Source of the DNA: Capsulimonadaceae bacterium
GTDB lineage: Bacteria > Armatimonadota > Armatimonadia > Armatimonadales > Capsulimonadaceae
Direction: 5' to 3'
Assembly (NCBI GenBank): GCA_965215505.1
Contig: OZ244065.1
Span: 3,616,001-3,680,000, forward strand
Length of the DNA stretch: 64,000 nt
The position numbers were made by a program, and so were the translations under genes. The notes below the pieces were generated by a model. That model saw only the letters and a program-made list of their open reading frames with translations, was not told the origin of the DNA and ran no database searches. Shown here one piece after another: positions 48,742-58,663 of the stretch. The first letter of the stretch is position 1, and each line of letters opens with the position of its first letter.

Positions 48742-49494
48742 CTACCAGAGATTAAGGTCCACGAAGATCGAGTTGATGAAGGTGTCGGCGTAGTGGAGGT
48801 AGCCCGCGCCCTCCATGTGCCGGAGGATATCCTGGTCCTTCACCATGTCCCGCCGGCTTTCCGCGATGTCAGCCGTCTCGATGCAGAACACGGCGGGGCG
48901 GTGGCGCGCGAAGTCCCAGGCCCGCAGGATGGCGAGGTCAACCCCCTCGGCGTCCAGGGACACGAAATCCGGGCAGCGCGTGAAGTGCTTCTCCAGGATG
49001 GCGGCGGGGGTAAAAAGGGGGATCGGGACCTCCTTCACGATGCGGTAGCCCAGGCGCTCGTACCCGGCGGCCTCCTCGCGCGAGAACGTGCCCAGAGTGT
49101 GTTCCGACATCCGGTAGAACCGGGCTTTGGCGTCGGTCCGGTCGGAGACGCCCGCGCGGAGGCAGGTGTCGCGGCGGCGGACCCAGCGCAGCCGCCGGAA
49201 CATGCGCGGGTCCGGCTCGACGCAGACGCCCCGGCACCCCCGGTGGTAGAAGTGATAGGTGTTGTTCATCAGGATCGGCTCGTTCGCCCCGATGTCCAGG
49301 TAGGAGGGCGTCTCGATGCCGACCATGTGGAGCAGTTGGGCGACGATGAGGTCCTCGCCGCTCTGGGAGAAGCTCGGGATTCCCTTCTCGACGCGCCGCC
49401 GGTGCTGCTCTGCCTGGAGCTTGCGGCGGGCCATGAGCGGGATGCGCGAGTACCATTCGGGCGAGAAGCGTTTCGGTTCGGGCGGGGTCGTCAT
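48742..49494 (-). CDS. FkbM family methyltransferase
   Basis: SQSGED, LDIGAN, VEP, SLDAEGVD. Confidence 0.88.
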   Translation of the reverse strand: MTTPPEPKRFSPEWYSRIPLMARRKLQAEQHRRRVEKGIPSFSQSGEDLIVAQLLHMVGIETPSYLDIGANEPILMNNTYHFYHRGCRGVCVEPDPRMFRRLRWVRRRDTCLRAGVSDRTDAKARFYRMSEHTLGTFSREEAAGYERLGYRIVKEVPIPLFTPAAILEKHFTRCPDFVSLDAEGVDLAILRAWDFARHRPAVFCIETADIAESRRDMVKDQDILRHMEGAGYLHYADTFINSIFVDLNLW

Positions 49495-49629
49495 CCTGTG
49501 TCCTTTTGCCTGTGTCTTTCTCCGTCTATCCTTTTCCCTGTGGTCGGCACAGGATAACACGGGGGCAGGCGGCGTGTCAAGGGGCGGGGCGGCGGCGGGC
49601 AGGGTGGTAGCCGATGTTACGCGCCAGCA

Positions 49630-49915
49630 GGACGAGTGATTAGGACGAGGGCGCGGACGAGTGATTAGGACGAGGGCGCGGACGAGTGATCGAAATCACT
49701 CGCTGCGCGCGGACCTGTCCAGGGGACAGAAGAGAAGGACAGAAGAGAAGGACAGAAGAGGGTTAAGGACCAAGAAGCACCGGGCGGCGTATCCCGTTCC
49801 CATTCCTGTTTCCCTTGTCCCCTGGACAAATCTGAGGTCAGCGAGTGATTTCAATCACTCGTCCGCGCCCTCGTCCTAATCACTCGTCCGCGCCCTCGTC
49901 CTAATCTCGTCCTAA
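49630..49915. repeat. Paired inverted GACGAGTGATT element with 25-bp duplications on both flanks
   Basis: GGACGAGTGATTAGGACGAGGGCGC x2 on the left, mirror copies on the right. Confidence 0.8.
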
Positions 49916-49967
49916 CCCCTCATGGCCGGCATGAGGCGGCGCATGGCAGCGGCAGGTAAAGCACGGC

Positions 49968-50930
49968 ATGATAACGGTCAAGATCAGCGGCGAGAACCGG
50001 CACTGGCCCCTCCTCCGGCAGACGCCCGGCGGGAACGGGGTCTGGGGCGACTGCCGGTTCGTCGTCAACCAGGGCACTGAGGGAGACGATGCCGAGTGCG
50101 ACTACTGGGTCGTCTATGACGGCCTGTACGAGACCGAGACGGCCCGGTGCCCGCCGCAGAACACGATCCTGATCACGGCGGAGCCGCCGACCGTCCGGTC
50201 CTACTCGGCCCGGTTCACGGCCCAGTTCGCCCAGGTCGTGACGTGCCACGAGGCGCTCCGGCACCCCCACGTCGTCCGCGCCCAGCAGGCCCTCCCCTGG
50301 CACCTGCTGGACAAGAGCTACGATGACCTGGCGCACGGCCCCGGCCCGGAAAAGACAAAGCTGCTGTCCGTGATCTCCTCCGACAAGGCATTCACCGAGG
50401 GGCACCGGCGGCGCGTCGAGTTCGTGGAGCGGCTGAAAGAGGGCCTGGGCCTGCCGGTAGACCACTTCGGACCGGAACCGCGCATCCCGAGCAAGTGGGA
50501 CGGCCTGGCGGACTACAAGTACACGGTCGTGATCGAGAACTCGTCCTTCCGCGACTACTGGACGGAGAAGCTGGCCGACGCCTTCCTGGCTGACGCCTAC
50601 CCGTTCTACTTCGGCTGCCCGAACGTCGCCGACTACTTCCCGGACGGCGGCTATAGCGGCATCGACATCGGGGACCCGGACCGCGCGCTGGCGGTCATCC
50701 GGGAGGCCGTCGCCTCAGACCGCTTCGCGGCGACTATCGCCGAGCGCAGGCAGGCCAAAGATTTGATACTGAACAGGTACAATCTCTTCCCAACAATCGC
50801 CGCCATGACCTCCGCCGAGGGTGCGGCCCTGCCGAAGCGGCGGCTGACCCTCCGGTCCGAGGCCGCCCAAGCGGGCACATTGCTCCGGCGGACGGCGCGC
50901 TGGGTGAGGCGGCGGATGACGAACGGGTGA
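49968..50930 (+). CDS. Glycosyltransferase family 10 (fucosyltransferase-like)
   Basis: YKYTVVIENS..DYWTEKLADAF..YFG. Confidence 0.85.
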   Translation: MITVKISGENRHWPLLRQTPGGNGVWGDCRFVVNQGTEGDDAECDYWVVYDGLYETETARCPPQNTILITAEPPTVRSYSARFTAQFAQVVTCHEALRHPHVVRAQQALPWHLLDKSYDDLAHGPGPEKTKLLSVISSDKAFTEGHRRRVEFVERLKEGLGLPVDHFGPEPRIPSKWDGLADYKYTVVIENSSFRDYWTEKLADAFLADAYPFYFGCPNVADYFPDGGYSGIDIGDPDRALAVIREAVASDRFAATIAERRQAKDLILNRYNLFPTIAAMTSAEGAALPKRRLTLRSEAAQAGTLLRRTARWVRRRMTNG

Positions 50931-50956
50931 TGTGATATGCCAACTAGACGGGGATA

Positions 50957-51105
50957 GGACGAGTGAATAAATTCACTCGCTGATTGGGACCTGTCCAGGG
51001 GACAGAGGACGGGAACAAGAGGGGATGGGCGGGCGTTCGGCGGCATTCCGATCTCTTGTCCCCTGGACAAATCCGGGGGCAGCGAGTGATTTCAATCACT
51101 CGTCC
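50957..51105. repeat. Paired inverted GACGAGTGA element
   Basis: Same arms as 28999-29176. Confidence 0.8.
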
Positions 51106-51160
51106 TATGCTCGTCCTATGCTCGTCCTTATCACCGGCAGACAACGCGCAGGACGAACGC

Positions 51161-52234
51161 ATGAGAATATTCTACACCGCCGACGGCTGGCACAACCATT
51201 TCCCGCCTGCCCTGGCCGACATGGGGCACGAGGTCGTCGAGTTCCAGTACGCCTGGGGGGACACCTACCAGAAGCTGGACCCGAGCCAGAAGCTCCACGC
51301 CGCCCACATCGCCGAGAGCCGGCCCAAAGTGTCGGCGGAACTCGTCCGGCAGATCACGGCGGCGCACCGGGAAAAGCCGATCGACCTGTTCTTCAGCTAC
51401 TTCTACGACGGGATCGTCCTGCCGGAAGCCATTGACGCGATCAAAGACCTGGGCATCGTCACCGCCAACTGGTTCTGCAACGGCTCCTATCAACTCGACC
51501 TGGTCCACACCATCGCCCCCCACTACGATTGGTGCCTCGCCCCGGAGAAGTTCCGCCTGGCCGACTACCGGGCGATGGGCGCACGGCCCCTCTACTGCCA
51601 GGAGGCGGCGAACCCCGGCTTCGACAAGCCCTACGCGCTGCCGGTCGAGTACGACGTCACTTTCGTCGGCCAGGCCTACGGCGACCGGCCCGACTACCTC
51701 AAGTTCCTGCGCGCGGCCGGCCTCGACGTCCGCGTGTGGGGGGCCAACTGGCACCTGCACCGGACTCCCTCCCTGCCGCGCAAATTGTGGCGCTTGGCGC
51801 GCAGGGCGGCGGGCATCAAGCGCCCTCCCTTCCTGACGTTCCCTCCCGACATCCTGGGGGCACCGCTCGGGGACATCGAGATGATCCAGATGTTCAGCCG
51901 CTCCAAGATCAACCTCGGCTTCTCCACCTGCGGCAGCACGCATTTGAACGGCGAGCGCATCCTGCAAGTGCGCCTGCGGGACTTCGAGGTGCCGATGAGC
52001 GGCGGCTTCTACATGGTGGAATACATGGAAGAGTTGGAAGAGTTCTTCGAGGTCGGCAAGGAGGTCGTCTGCTACAATGACCGGCAGGACCTCGCCGACA
52101 AGATCAAGTACTACCTCGCACACGACGCGGAGCGCGAGAAGATCCGGCAGGCCGGCTACGCGCGCTCCCTGCGCGACCACACCTGGCAGAAGCGGCTGGG
52201 GACGGCCTTCAAAGAGATGGGCCTGGATGGCTGA
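51161..52234 (+). CDS. CgeB-like glycosyltransferase
   Basis: DVTFVGQ, SKINL, LRDFE, HTWQKR. Confidence 0.8.
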   Translation: MRIFYTADGWHNHFPPALADMGHEVVEFQYAWGDTYQKLDPSQKLHAAHIAESRPKVSAELVRQITAAHREKPIDLFFSYFYDGIVLPEAIDAIKDLGIVTANWFCNGSYQLDLVHTIAPHYDWCLAPEKFRLADYRAMGARPLYCQEAANPGFDKPYALPVEYDVTFVGQAYGDRPDYLKFLRAAGLDVRVWGANWHLHRTPSLPRKLWRLARRAAGIKRPPFLTFPPDILGAPLGDIEMIQMFSRSKINLGFSTCGSTHLNGERILQVRLRDFEVPMSGGFYMVEYMEELEEFFEVGKEVVCYNDRQDLADKIKYYLAHDAEREKIRQAGYARSLRDHTWQKRLGTAFKEMGLDG

Positions 52235-52252
52235 ACCGAATGGCTGAACCGA

Positions 52253-53029
52253 ATGGTTAGAGTTCCGCTGCTGAACCGGGCCGTGTACCGCCTCCTCCAA
52301 CGGGCGGGCGGCGTCCGGGGGGAGGAGATCTCCAAGGGCTACATCCGGCTGCTGCTGCCGCCGGACCCCGTCATCGTGGACGCCGGGGCGCACGTCGGCG
52401 GGGACACCGCCGCCATGAGCCGCCTGTGGCCGGGCGGGACCGTCCACGCCTTCGAGCCGGTGCCTCACGTCTTCGCGCAGCTCCGCGCGAACGTCGGGGG
52501 CCTGCCGAACGTCCGGTGCTACCCCGTCGCGCTGGCGGCCGAGACCGGCAGAGGCGTCCTGCACGTCAGCCACGGCGGGGACGCTTCCAGCTCGCTGCTG
52601 GCCCCCAAAGAACACCTGGCCCTCAACCCGCACGTCACCTTCCCCGAGACGGTCACGGTCGAGACCTGGACGCTGGACGACTGGGCCGGGCGCGAGGGCT
52701 GCGCGCGCATAGACTTCCTCTGGCTGGACATGCAGGGCGCGGAGCTTGCCATGCTGAAGGCCGCCCCGCGCCTGCTCGCCACGGCCCACGCCGTCCACCT
52801 GGAAGTGGCCTCCGTCGAGCTGTACCGGGGCAACCCGCTCTTTCCCGAGGTCTGCGAGTGGATGGCGGGGCAGGGGTTCCGGCTGGAAGCCGCCGAGATC
52901 GACCCCCTCAGCAGTGGCAACGCCCTGTTCGTCCGGCAGGGCACCCCGCTGGCCTGGGGGCGGCTGCTGGGGATGGCGGCCCGCAAGGCCCTCCGGGTCC
53001 TGCGCCTCTCGCCCAGGGGACGCCCATGA
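52253..53029 (+). CDS. FkbM family methyltransferase
   Basis: VDAGAHVG, HAFEP, WLDMQGAE. Confidence 0.9.
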   Translation: MVRVPLLNRAVYRLLQRAGGVRGEEISKGYIRLLLPPDPVIVDAGAHVGGDTAAMSRLWPGGTVHAFEPVPHVFAQLRANVGGLPNVRCYPVALAAETGRGVLHVSHGGDASSSLLAPKEHLALNPHVTFPETVTVETWTLDDWAGREGCARIDFLWLDMQGAELAMLKAAPRLLATAHAVHLEVASVELYRGNPLFPEVCEWMAGQGFRLEAAEIDPLSSGNALFVRQGTPLAWGRLLGMAARKALRVLRLSPRGRP

Positions 53030-54054
53030 CCGAACCACTGCCCACGGGCGGCCGGGTGACCTGGATACTGTCGGTCAAGGACGGGATGCCCTACTTGACC
53101 GAGACTCTGGCCTCCATCGGGGCGCAGACCTACCCCGACTGGGAGGTCTTCGCGTGGGTCAACGGCTCCTCCGACGGCACTCTGGAGGAGCTTCGGCGCT
53201 GGATACCCTCGCGCCTGCCGGGCCGGGTCGTCGCCGACCGGCCCTCCAACTACGGCGAGGCGGTCGGAACGATGATCGCCGAGTCCCGCACGGAGCTATG
53301 CGCCCTGATCCACGCCGACGACGTCAACGCCCCTGAGCGGCTGGAGCGGCAGGTGGCTTTTTTGAATGCCCACCCCGAGGTCGCCCTCGTCGGCAGCCGC
53401 TACGATGTCATTGACGGCGAGAGCCGCCCGGTCGTAGGTCCGGGCGGGCCGGGCCACCGCTACACGGACCACGATGGCATCGTCCACATGATGCTGATGG
53501 AAAGCCCGCTCGGCTGCCCCACCGTCCTGTTCCGGCGCAGCGCGGTCCTTGAGGCCGGCAACCACCGGCACGTCCCGTTCGTCGAGGACTACGACCTGTG
53601 GATGCGTCTGGCCCGGCACCACACGCTGGCGACACTGGCCGAACCCTTACTGCACTACCGCATCCATGCCGGCAGCGCGACCACCTGGGCCTCGGCGGCA
53701 AACCTCGTCGTCCCCGCCGCCGCCGCCTGCTTCGCCCGCAACGCCCCCGCGCTCTACGGACTCTCCGAGGCCGAGGCTTTGCGCCTGCGGCAGCAGAAAC
53801 ACCCCTTCGCGCTCGTGCCCCTGGTGCGGGCCGCCCGCCACCTCAGCCGGACGCAGGGCGGGACGACGGCGGGCCGGTTCTTCTCGCCCTCCTTCATCCA
53901 GGGCAGCCGGGGCGTAATCAAGCCGACCGATCTGCTGTCACGGGTGCCGCTGGCGATTCTGGCCTACTGGCGCAGCCCCGGCCGTCTGCTGGCGACGCTT
54001 CGGGCGCGGGTCAGGGCGCGGCTTGCAGCGCGGCGGGCGCGCGAGGGCGGGTGA
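53026..54054 (+). CDS. Glycosyltransferase family 2
   Basis: NGSSDGT, HADD, ERLERQ, EDYDLW. Confidence 0.85.
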   Translation: MTEPLPTGGRVTWILSVKDGMPYLTETLASIGAQTYPDWEVFAWVNGSSDGTLEELRRWIPSRLPGRVVADRPSNYGEAVGTMIAESRTELCALIHADDVNAPERLERQVAFLNAHPEVALVGSRYDVIDGESRPVVGPGGPGHRYTDHDGIVHMMLMESPLGCPTVLFRRSAVLEAGNHRHVPFVEDYDLWMRLARHHTLATLAEPLLHYRIHAGSATTWASAANLVVPAAAACFARNAPALYGLSEAEALRLRQQKHPFALVPLVRAARHLSRTQGGTTAGRFFSPSFIQGSRGVIKPTDLLSRVPLAILAYWRSPGRLLATLRARVRARLAARRAREGG

Positions 54055-54173
54055 TCCGGTTCGCGCGTTGTCCCCGACCGGCGAAGCGTCCCGGTCATTC
54101 ATGGCCGGGTTCCGCTGACCACCCCGCCGGGGCCGCGTCCCCCCTTACGGCCCGCCCTCAACCCCCCGCCCAC

Positions 54174-54482
54174 TCACAGCAGCCGCCAGGCGCACTCCGC
54201 CGCGCAGGCCGCGAGCAGGCCGACCCACCCGGCCTCGAAGGCGCGCTCGATCCAGTCCGTCTTGTGCCGATCCACCTTGGGCCGGTCCGTCCGGGGCGCG
54301 GGGGCGGCAGGGCGGCCGGCCTCCTCCACCGGGGCGGGCGCGAAATGCAGCCGCCCGGTCTGGAGGCGGGGCATGGCCGGGTGGGTCGGCCTCTCGATCC
54401 GGCCCGGCCCCGCGACCGGCGGGCAAACCTCCCGCTCATTAAGGCTGCCGACGCTCCATGATTTGTCTAGTAGCTGAGTCAT
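54174..54482 (-). CDS. Small hypothetical protein with C-terminal TM
   Basis: AGGAGA RBS before ATG; hydrophobic C-terminus. Confidence 0.4.
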   Translation of the reverse strand: MTQLLDKSWSVGSLNEREVCPPVAGPGRIERPTHPAMPRLQTGRLHFAPAPVEEAGRPAAPAPRTDRPKVDRHKTDWIERAFEAGWVGLLAACAAECAWRLL

Positions 54483-54692
54483 CGTGTGTCTCCTGCGATC
54501 ACCTGCGAAGGCCGCTTCATTGCGGCGCCTCCGTAGAAATAGTATGGCGCGCGAGCCGGGCGGCGCGTGTGTCGTTCGTCACGCCCGCGCCGTGAAATGC
54601 CGCCCACCCCGCCCCCGCCGGTGGGACCCGGCCCGGCGGCGCGCTGTTTCTGGGGAAGACGCAAGAAAAATCACCGGGTTTCCCGTCAACCC

Positions 54693-54748
54693 TTGACTTT
54701 TTATGAAAACCTGCCTATAATGGACTCATATCCCCCCAGGGGGGTATG
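54693..54748 (+). promoter_or_regulatory. sigma70 promoter + CsoR/RcnR-type operator
   Basis: TTGACT-17 bp-TATAAT; CATATCCCCCC-A-GGGGGGTATG C/G-tract palindrome. Confidence 0.8.
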
Positions 54749-54771
54749 CGGATGGCCGCAGGAGCGATGGC

Positions 54772-55074
54772 ATGTCCGACCGCGAAGACCCCGCGCAGGA
54801 AGACACCAGGCGTGAAGACCTGGCCCGTGAAGACGTGGCAAAGCGTCTGGCCCGGATCGCCGGGCACGCCGCCAGCCTGAAACGCTTCTGGGACGAAGAC
54901 CGCGAGTGTGTCGAGATGCTCACCCAGATCTCCGCCGTGCGCGCCGCGCTGGACCAGGTCGGCAAGACGATCCTGGAGCAGCATGTGGACCACGCCATGC
55001 GCGACGCCCTGGCGCGCGGCGACGCCGACGACCCGGCCCGCGACTTGAAAAAGGCCATCGACCGCCTCCTCTAA
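54772..55074 (+). CDS. CsoR/RcnR family metal-sensing repressor
   Basis: RLARIAGH, RECVEMLTQISAVRAAL, EQHVDH. Confidence 0.88.
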   Translation: MSDREDPAQEDTRREDLAREDVAKRLARIAGHAASLKRFWDEDRECVEMLTQISAVRAALDQVGKTILEQHVDHAMRDALARGDADDPARDLKKAIDRLL

Positions 55075-55435
55075 AGTGTCAATCGTTCGCTCAGTGTTCT
55101 CGAAAGGAACAGCATGGAACCCGGCAGTAGTCAGGTGCCTCCCAGTACGGGCGGCACATCCAGACCTAGACAATCAGTTTTGACCGGCCCGTAGTGTCTC
55201 GATCGCTCGATAGCGTGACTTCCTGAGTCCCCCGCTGTCGCCCCGCTCGCTCCGCTCACGGCCCCCGGTCGTGAGGTGAAGCGAGACAGCGGCGATGGCC
55301 CCCGCCTGGAACCCCCTTCCGGCACGCCCTCCCTAAACCCTGTCTCCCCTGACCTCTCTGCACACTCCAAGCCTTACGGCTTGCGGCTGCCGGCGCGTCC
55401 GCGCCTGCGCCATCACAGAGAAGAGGAGACGTCCC

Positions 55436-55756
55436 ATGCAGACCCAGTTCGTGACTCAGCCGTCACCGAAGGCCGCGCCCGTCCTCGCCCGGCCCGTCCT
55501 CGCCTGGGAGGACCAGGTGCAGGTCGCCGCCGACGTGCTGGGCCTGATCCCCCTCCTGAACATCCCCGCCGAGATCGTCAGCGGCCTGCTCTCGCTCCGC
55601 CGCAAGGACTACGTCGGCTTCGGCCTGTCGGTGGCCGGCCTGGTCCCCCTGCAAGGCGAGGCCGCCGTCGCCCTCAAGCTCGCCCGGACCGCCCAGCAGC
55701 TCGCTCGGCAGAACCAGGCTCATAAGACCAGCCGGGACACCGCCCAGGCCGCCTGA
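55436..55756 (+). CDS. Hypothetical protein
   Basis: GAGGAG RBS; two hydrophobic segments; first gene of Nramp cluster. Confidence 0.6.
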   Translation: MQTQFVTQPSPKAAPVLARPVLAWEDQVQVAADVLGLIPLLNIPAEIVSGLLSLRRKDYVGFGLSVAGLVPLQGEAAVALKLARTAQQLARQNQAHKTSRDTAQAA

Positions 55757-55825
55757 CGCCCTCTAGGCCGCCTGACGCCCTCTAGGCCGCCTGACGCCGT
55801 CCGCCTGACGCCGTCCGCCTGACGC
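55746..55825. repeat. Tandem repeats with CCGCCTGACGCC core (19-bp then 14-bp units)
   Basis: Direct reading; five cores. Confidence 0.85.
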
Positions 55826-55861
55826 GGGGACAGGTGCCGGCGCCGTGCGCGTCAATGAGTC

Positions 55862-56007
55862 GGACGAGTGATTAAAATCACTCGCTTCGGCAGGATTTGT
55901 CCAGGGGACAAGCGGACGGGACGCTGCCGCACGGCTGCCCTGATGTCCTTCCCTTCTCTTCTGTCCCCTGGACAGGTCCCGATCAGCGAGTGATTTCAAT
56001 CACTCGT
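55862..56007. repeat. Paired inverted GACGAGTGATT element
   Basis: Same arms as 28999-29176. Confidence 0.8.
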
Positions 56008-56070
56008 TTTAGTTCGGCCCGGCACCTGCCTGAACCCGACCCTAACCCACAGTAAAGGAGGAAGCAGCCC

Positions 56071-57438
56071 ATGAATACGGTCGAAACGAATGCGGTCGAG
56101 ACGAACGACTTCGAGACGCAGCCCGCGCCGGGCGGGACGGCAGCCCAGGCGCCCAAAGGCATCGCCGTCCGTCGGCCGTGGCAGCGCAGCCTGCTCACCT
56201 TCCTCCTGGTCGTCGGGCCGGGCCTGATCGTCATGGCCGCCGACAACGATGCCGGGGCCGTCTCCACCTACACCCAGGCGGGGGCGCAGTACGGGACGCA
56301 CCTGCTCTGGCTGCTGGTCCTGCTGCTGCCGACCTGCTACTTCATCCAGGAGATGGTCGCCCGACTCGGCATCGCGACGGGGCAGGGCCACGCGGCCATG
56401 ATCTACCAGCGCTTCGGCAAGGCGTGGGGCGTTTTCTCACTGGTGGACCTGCTGGTCCTGAACTTCCTGACCCTCGTGACCGAGTTCGCGGGCGTCTCCC
56501 TGGCCGCCGCGCCCTTGGGGCTGTCGCCGCTGCTGGTGGTTCCACTGGCCGCCGCCGCCCTGATGGCGCTGGTGACGACCGGCAGCTACCGGCGCTGGGA
56601 GCGCATGACCATCACGCTCTGCCTGCTGAACCTGGCCTGGATCGTCCTGGCCGTCGCCTGCCGCCCGCACGGCGGGGAGGCGCTGCACGACCTGGCCGTG
56701 CCGAACATCCCGCACGGCGGGCTGACCTCTGGGCTGGTCTTCACGGTCATCGCCATCGTCGGGACCACCATCGCGCCCTGGCAGCTCTTCTTCCAGCAGA
56801 GTACGGTCGCCGACAAGAAGCTGCGCTTCTCGGACCTGAAGTTCGCCCGGCTGGACACGTTCCTGGGGGCCTGCCTGACCGTCACCGTCGCGGGCTGCAT
56901 GATGCTGATCGGGGACGCCGCCTTCCGGCACCACCTGCCGTTCAATGCCGGCGACTTCGACCCGGCCAAGATGGCGGTCGCCCTGGGGCACCTCTTCGGG
57001 CCGTGGTTCAAGACCGGCATCCTGCTGCTGATGGTGGACGCGGCGATCTTGGGCGCGACGACGATCTCGCTGTCCTCGGCCTACGCCTACGGCGAGGTGC
57101 GCGGCTGGTCCCACGGCTTGCAGCAGGGGGTCAAGGAAGCGCCGGGCTTCTACGGTACCTACGTCGCCTGCGTCGCCCTGGCCGCCGGCCTGGTGCTGAT
57201 CCCGCGTGCGCCCTTGCAGCTCATCATCGTCAGCGTGCAGGTGCTGGCCGGGGTCATGCTGCCCTCGGCCATCGTCTTCTTGCAGCTTTTGCTGAATGAC
57301 CGCGCTTTGCTTGGCGACAAGTGGGCGAACAAGCCCTGGAACAACGTGGTGAACTGGACGATCATCGCCGTCCTGTTCGCGCTTTCGCTCATCCTGACCC
57401 TGCAAGTGGTCGCGCCGAACCTCTTCCCGGCGTCCTGA
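56071..57438 (+). CDS. Nramp-family divalent metal transporter, NRMT (Mg2+) clade
   Basis: GPGLIVMAADNDAG (not DPGN), QEMVARLG, GTTIAPWQLFFQQS; AAAGGAGG RBS. Confidence 0.88.
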   Translation: MNTVETNAVETNDFETQPAPGGTAAQAPKGIAVRRPWQRSLLTFLLVVGPGLIVMAADNDAGAVSTYTQAGAQYGTHLLWLLVLLLPTCYFIQEMVARLGIATGQGHAAMIYQRFGKAWGVFSLVDLLVLNFLTLVTEFAGVSLAAAPLGLSPLLVVPLAAAALMALVTTGSYRRWERMTITLCLLNLAWIVLAVACRPHGGEALHDLAVPNIPHGGLTSGLVFTVIAIVGTTIAPWQLFFQQSTVADKKLRFSDLKFARLDTFLGACLTVTVAGCMMLIGDAAFRHHLPFNAGDFDPAKMAVALGHLFGPWFKTGILLLMVDAAILGATTISLSSAYAYGEVRGWSHGLQQGVKEAPGFYGTYVACVALAAGLVLIPRAPLQLIIVSVQVLAGVMLPSAIVFLQLLLNDRALLGDKWANKPWNNVVNWTIIAVLFALSLILTLQVVAPNLFPAS

Positions 57439-57469
57439 CGCCTTAACATCAGATAGAACGGAGACGACG

Positions 57470-57691
57470 ATGGCAGCACTGATGACCGACACCGTACACT
57501 TGCAGGTGGTTCACCCGCTGGACGACATCGCCGAAGAGAAATGCAGCCCGGTGGGCCTGGGCCGGATGCCCCTGAGCGGGAGCGTCAAGGTTTCCCTGTA
57601 CGCCTTGCAGGGCTATCTGGTGCTGATCGGCCTGGCCGTCGGCTACCGCGTCCTGACGCTGGCGGGTGCGTTCGGCCATCATATGCACTGA
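57470..57691 (+). CDS. Small membrane protein
   Basis: GGAG RBS; single TM LQGYLVLIGLAV. Confidence 0.65.
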   Translation: MAALMTDTVHLQVVHPLDDIAEEKCSPVGLGRMPLSGSVKVSLYALQGYLVLIGLAVGYRVLTLAGAFGHHMH

Positions 57692-57733
57692 CCGGGTGCG
57701 CCCCCGCGACACGCGGCGGGGCGAGGAGCGACC

Positions 57734-58477
57734 ATGCCTCGAAAACTTATTGCCCCCCTCCTGGCGGCCTTCACCCTGGCCGCCGCGCCTGCCTTTGCCA
57801 CGACCAAGGGCCTGAACCAGATCGTCACGCCGGACGTCCAGCCGTTCGGCATCCTGTCGGTCAGCTTCCAGCAGCAGGACCCCAACATCGCCAACCGCTA
57901 CGAGGTCCAGGCGGAGATCGGCATCACCCGCCGCTTTGAGGTCGCCGTCTTCCAGGGCCACTCGCCGCCGGAGCAGGTCGCCAACGCCGAATACGCCGTC
58001 GTCCAGAACGGGCCGAACCAGCCGTACCTCTTGTCGGCCGGCTTCTTCAACTGGACGACCAAAGGGTCGGCCCCGCAGCCCTACGCCGAGGGCGGCTACT
58101 ACAAGGGCAACACCCAGCTCATGCTCGGCCTCGCCAGCGTCATCGTCCAGCACCCCGACGTGGCAGGCCTTGTCCAGAACAGCCACCAGGCGCAGGCCAT
58201 CCTCGGGTACGGCTACCGCGTCCACCCGCGCGTCCTGCTCCAGCTCGACTACCAGAGCGGCACGGCCAACTCCGCCACGGCGGGCCTGACCTACAGCATT
58301 ACGCCCCAGCTCCAGTTCAACCCCGCCGTCTACGTCTCCAACGCCGAGGGCCACAAGGTCTGGGGCTACGCCGTGCTGACCTGGAACGTGGACGTGTTCG
58401 CGCCCAAACCTGCCCAGCCGCCCGCCCCCGCCACCCTGCCCAAGTCGCAGGGCCAGCAGAACACGCCCGCCCCGTAG
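57734..58477 (+). CDS. Putative outer-membrane beta-barrel protein
   Basis: Signal peptide; alternating amphipathic strands; GAGGAG RBS. Confidence 0.65.
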   Translation: MPRKLIAPLLAAFTLAAAPAFATTKGLNQIVTPDVQPFGILSVSFQQQDPNIANRYEVQAEIGITRRFEVAVFQGHSPPEQVANAEYAVVQNGPNQPYLLSAGFFNWTTKGSAPQPYAEGGYYKGNTQLMLGLASVIVQHPDVAGLVQNSHQAQAILGYGYRVHPRVLLQLDYQSGTANSATAGLTYSITPQLQFNPAVYVSNAEGHKVWGYAVLTWNVDVFAPKPAQPPAPATLPKSQGQQNTPAP

Positions 58478-58606
58478 GGACGCGATTCATCGCGCCCTGT
58501 TCTCCTGTTGCCCCCTGTTCTCCTGTTGCCCCCTGTTCTCCTGTTGCCCCCTGTTCTCCTGCCGCGCCCTGTTCCCCTGCCGCGCCCTGTTCCCCTGCCG
58601 CGCCCT
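58474..58606. repeat. GTAG REP followed by 18-bp tandem array (GC[C/G]CCCTGTTC[T/C]CCTG[TT/CC]) x6
   Basis: GTAGGGACGCGATTCATCGCGCCC, then six 18-bp units. Confidence 0.9.
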
Positions 58607-58647
58607 CTTTCATATCAACAAAGGCAAAAATAGCCAGCGTTCCGACT

Positions 58648-58663
58648 TGGCATGGTTTTTGCA
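58648..58663 (+). promoter_or_regulatory. sigma54 -24/-12 promoter
   Basis: TGGCATGGTTTTTGCA; GG-N10-GC; upstream of PEP-CTERM gene. Confidence 0.75.

Noticed and set aside
55075-55300. Known riboswitch (M-box, SAM-I, cobalamin, NiCo, yybP-ykoY)
   Set aside because: Core consensus motifs not found by eye; kept only as an unclassified candidate.
58317-58613. Collagen-like ORF (GEQGAA/GEQGAT repeats)
   Set aside because: Translation of an 18-bp tandem array at a REP edge, antisense to and overlapping a real gene.
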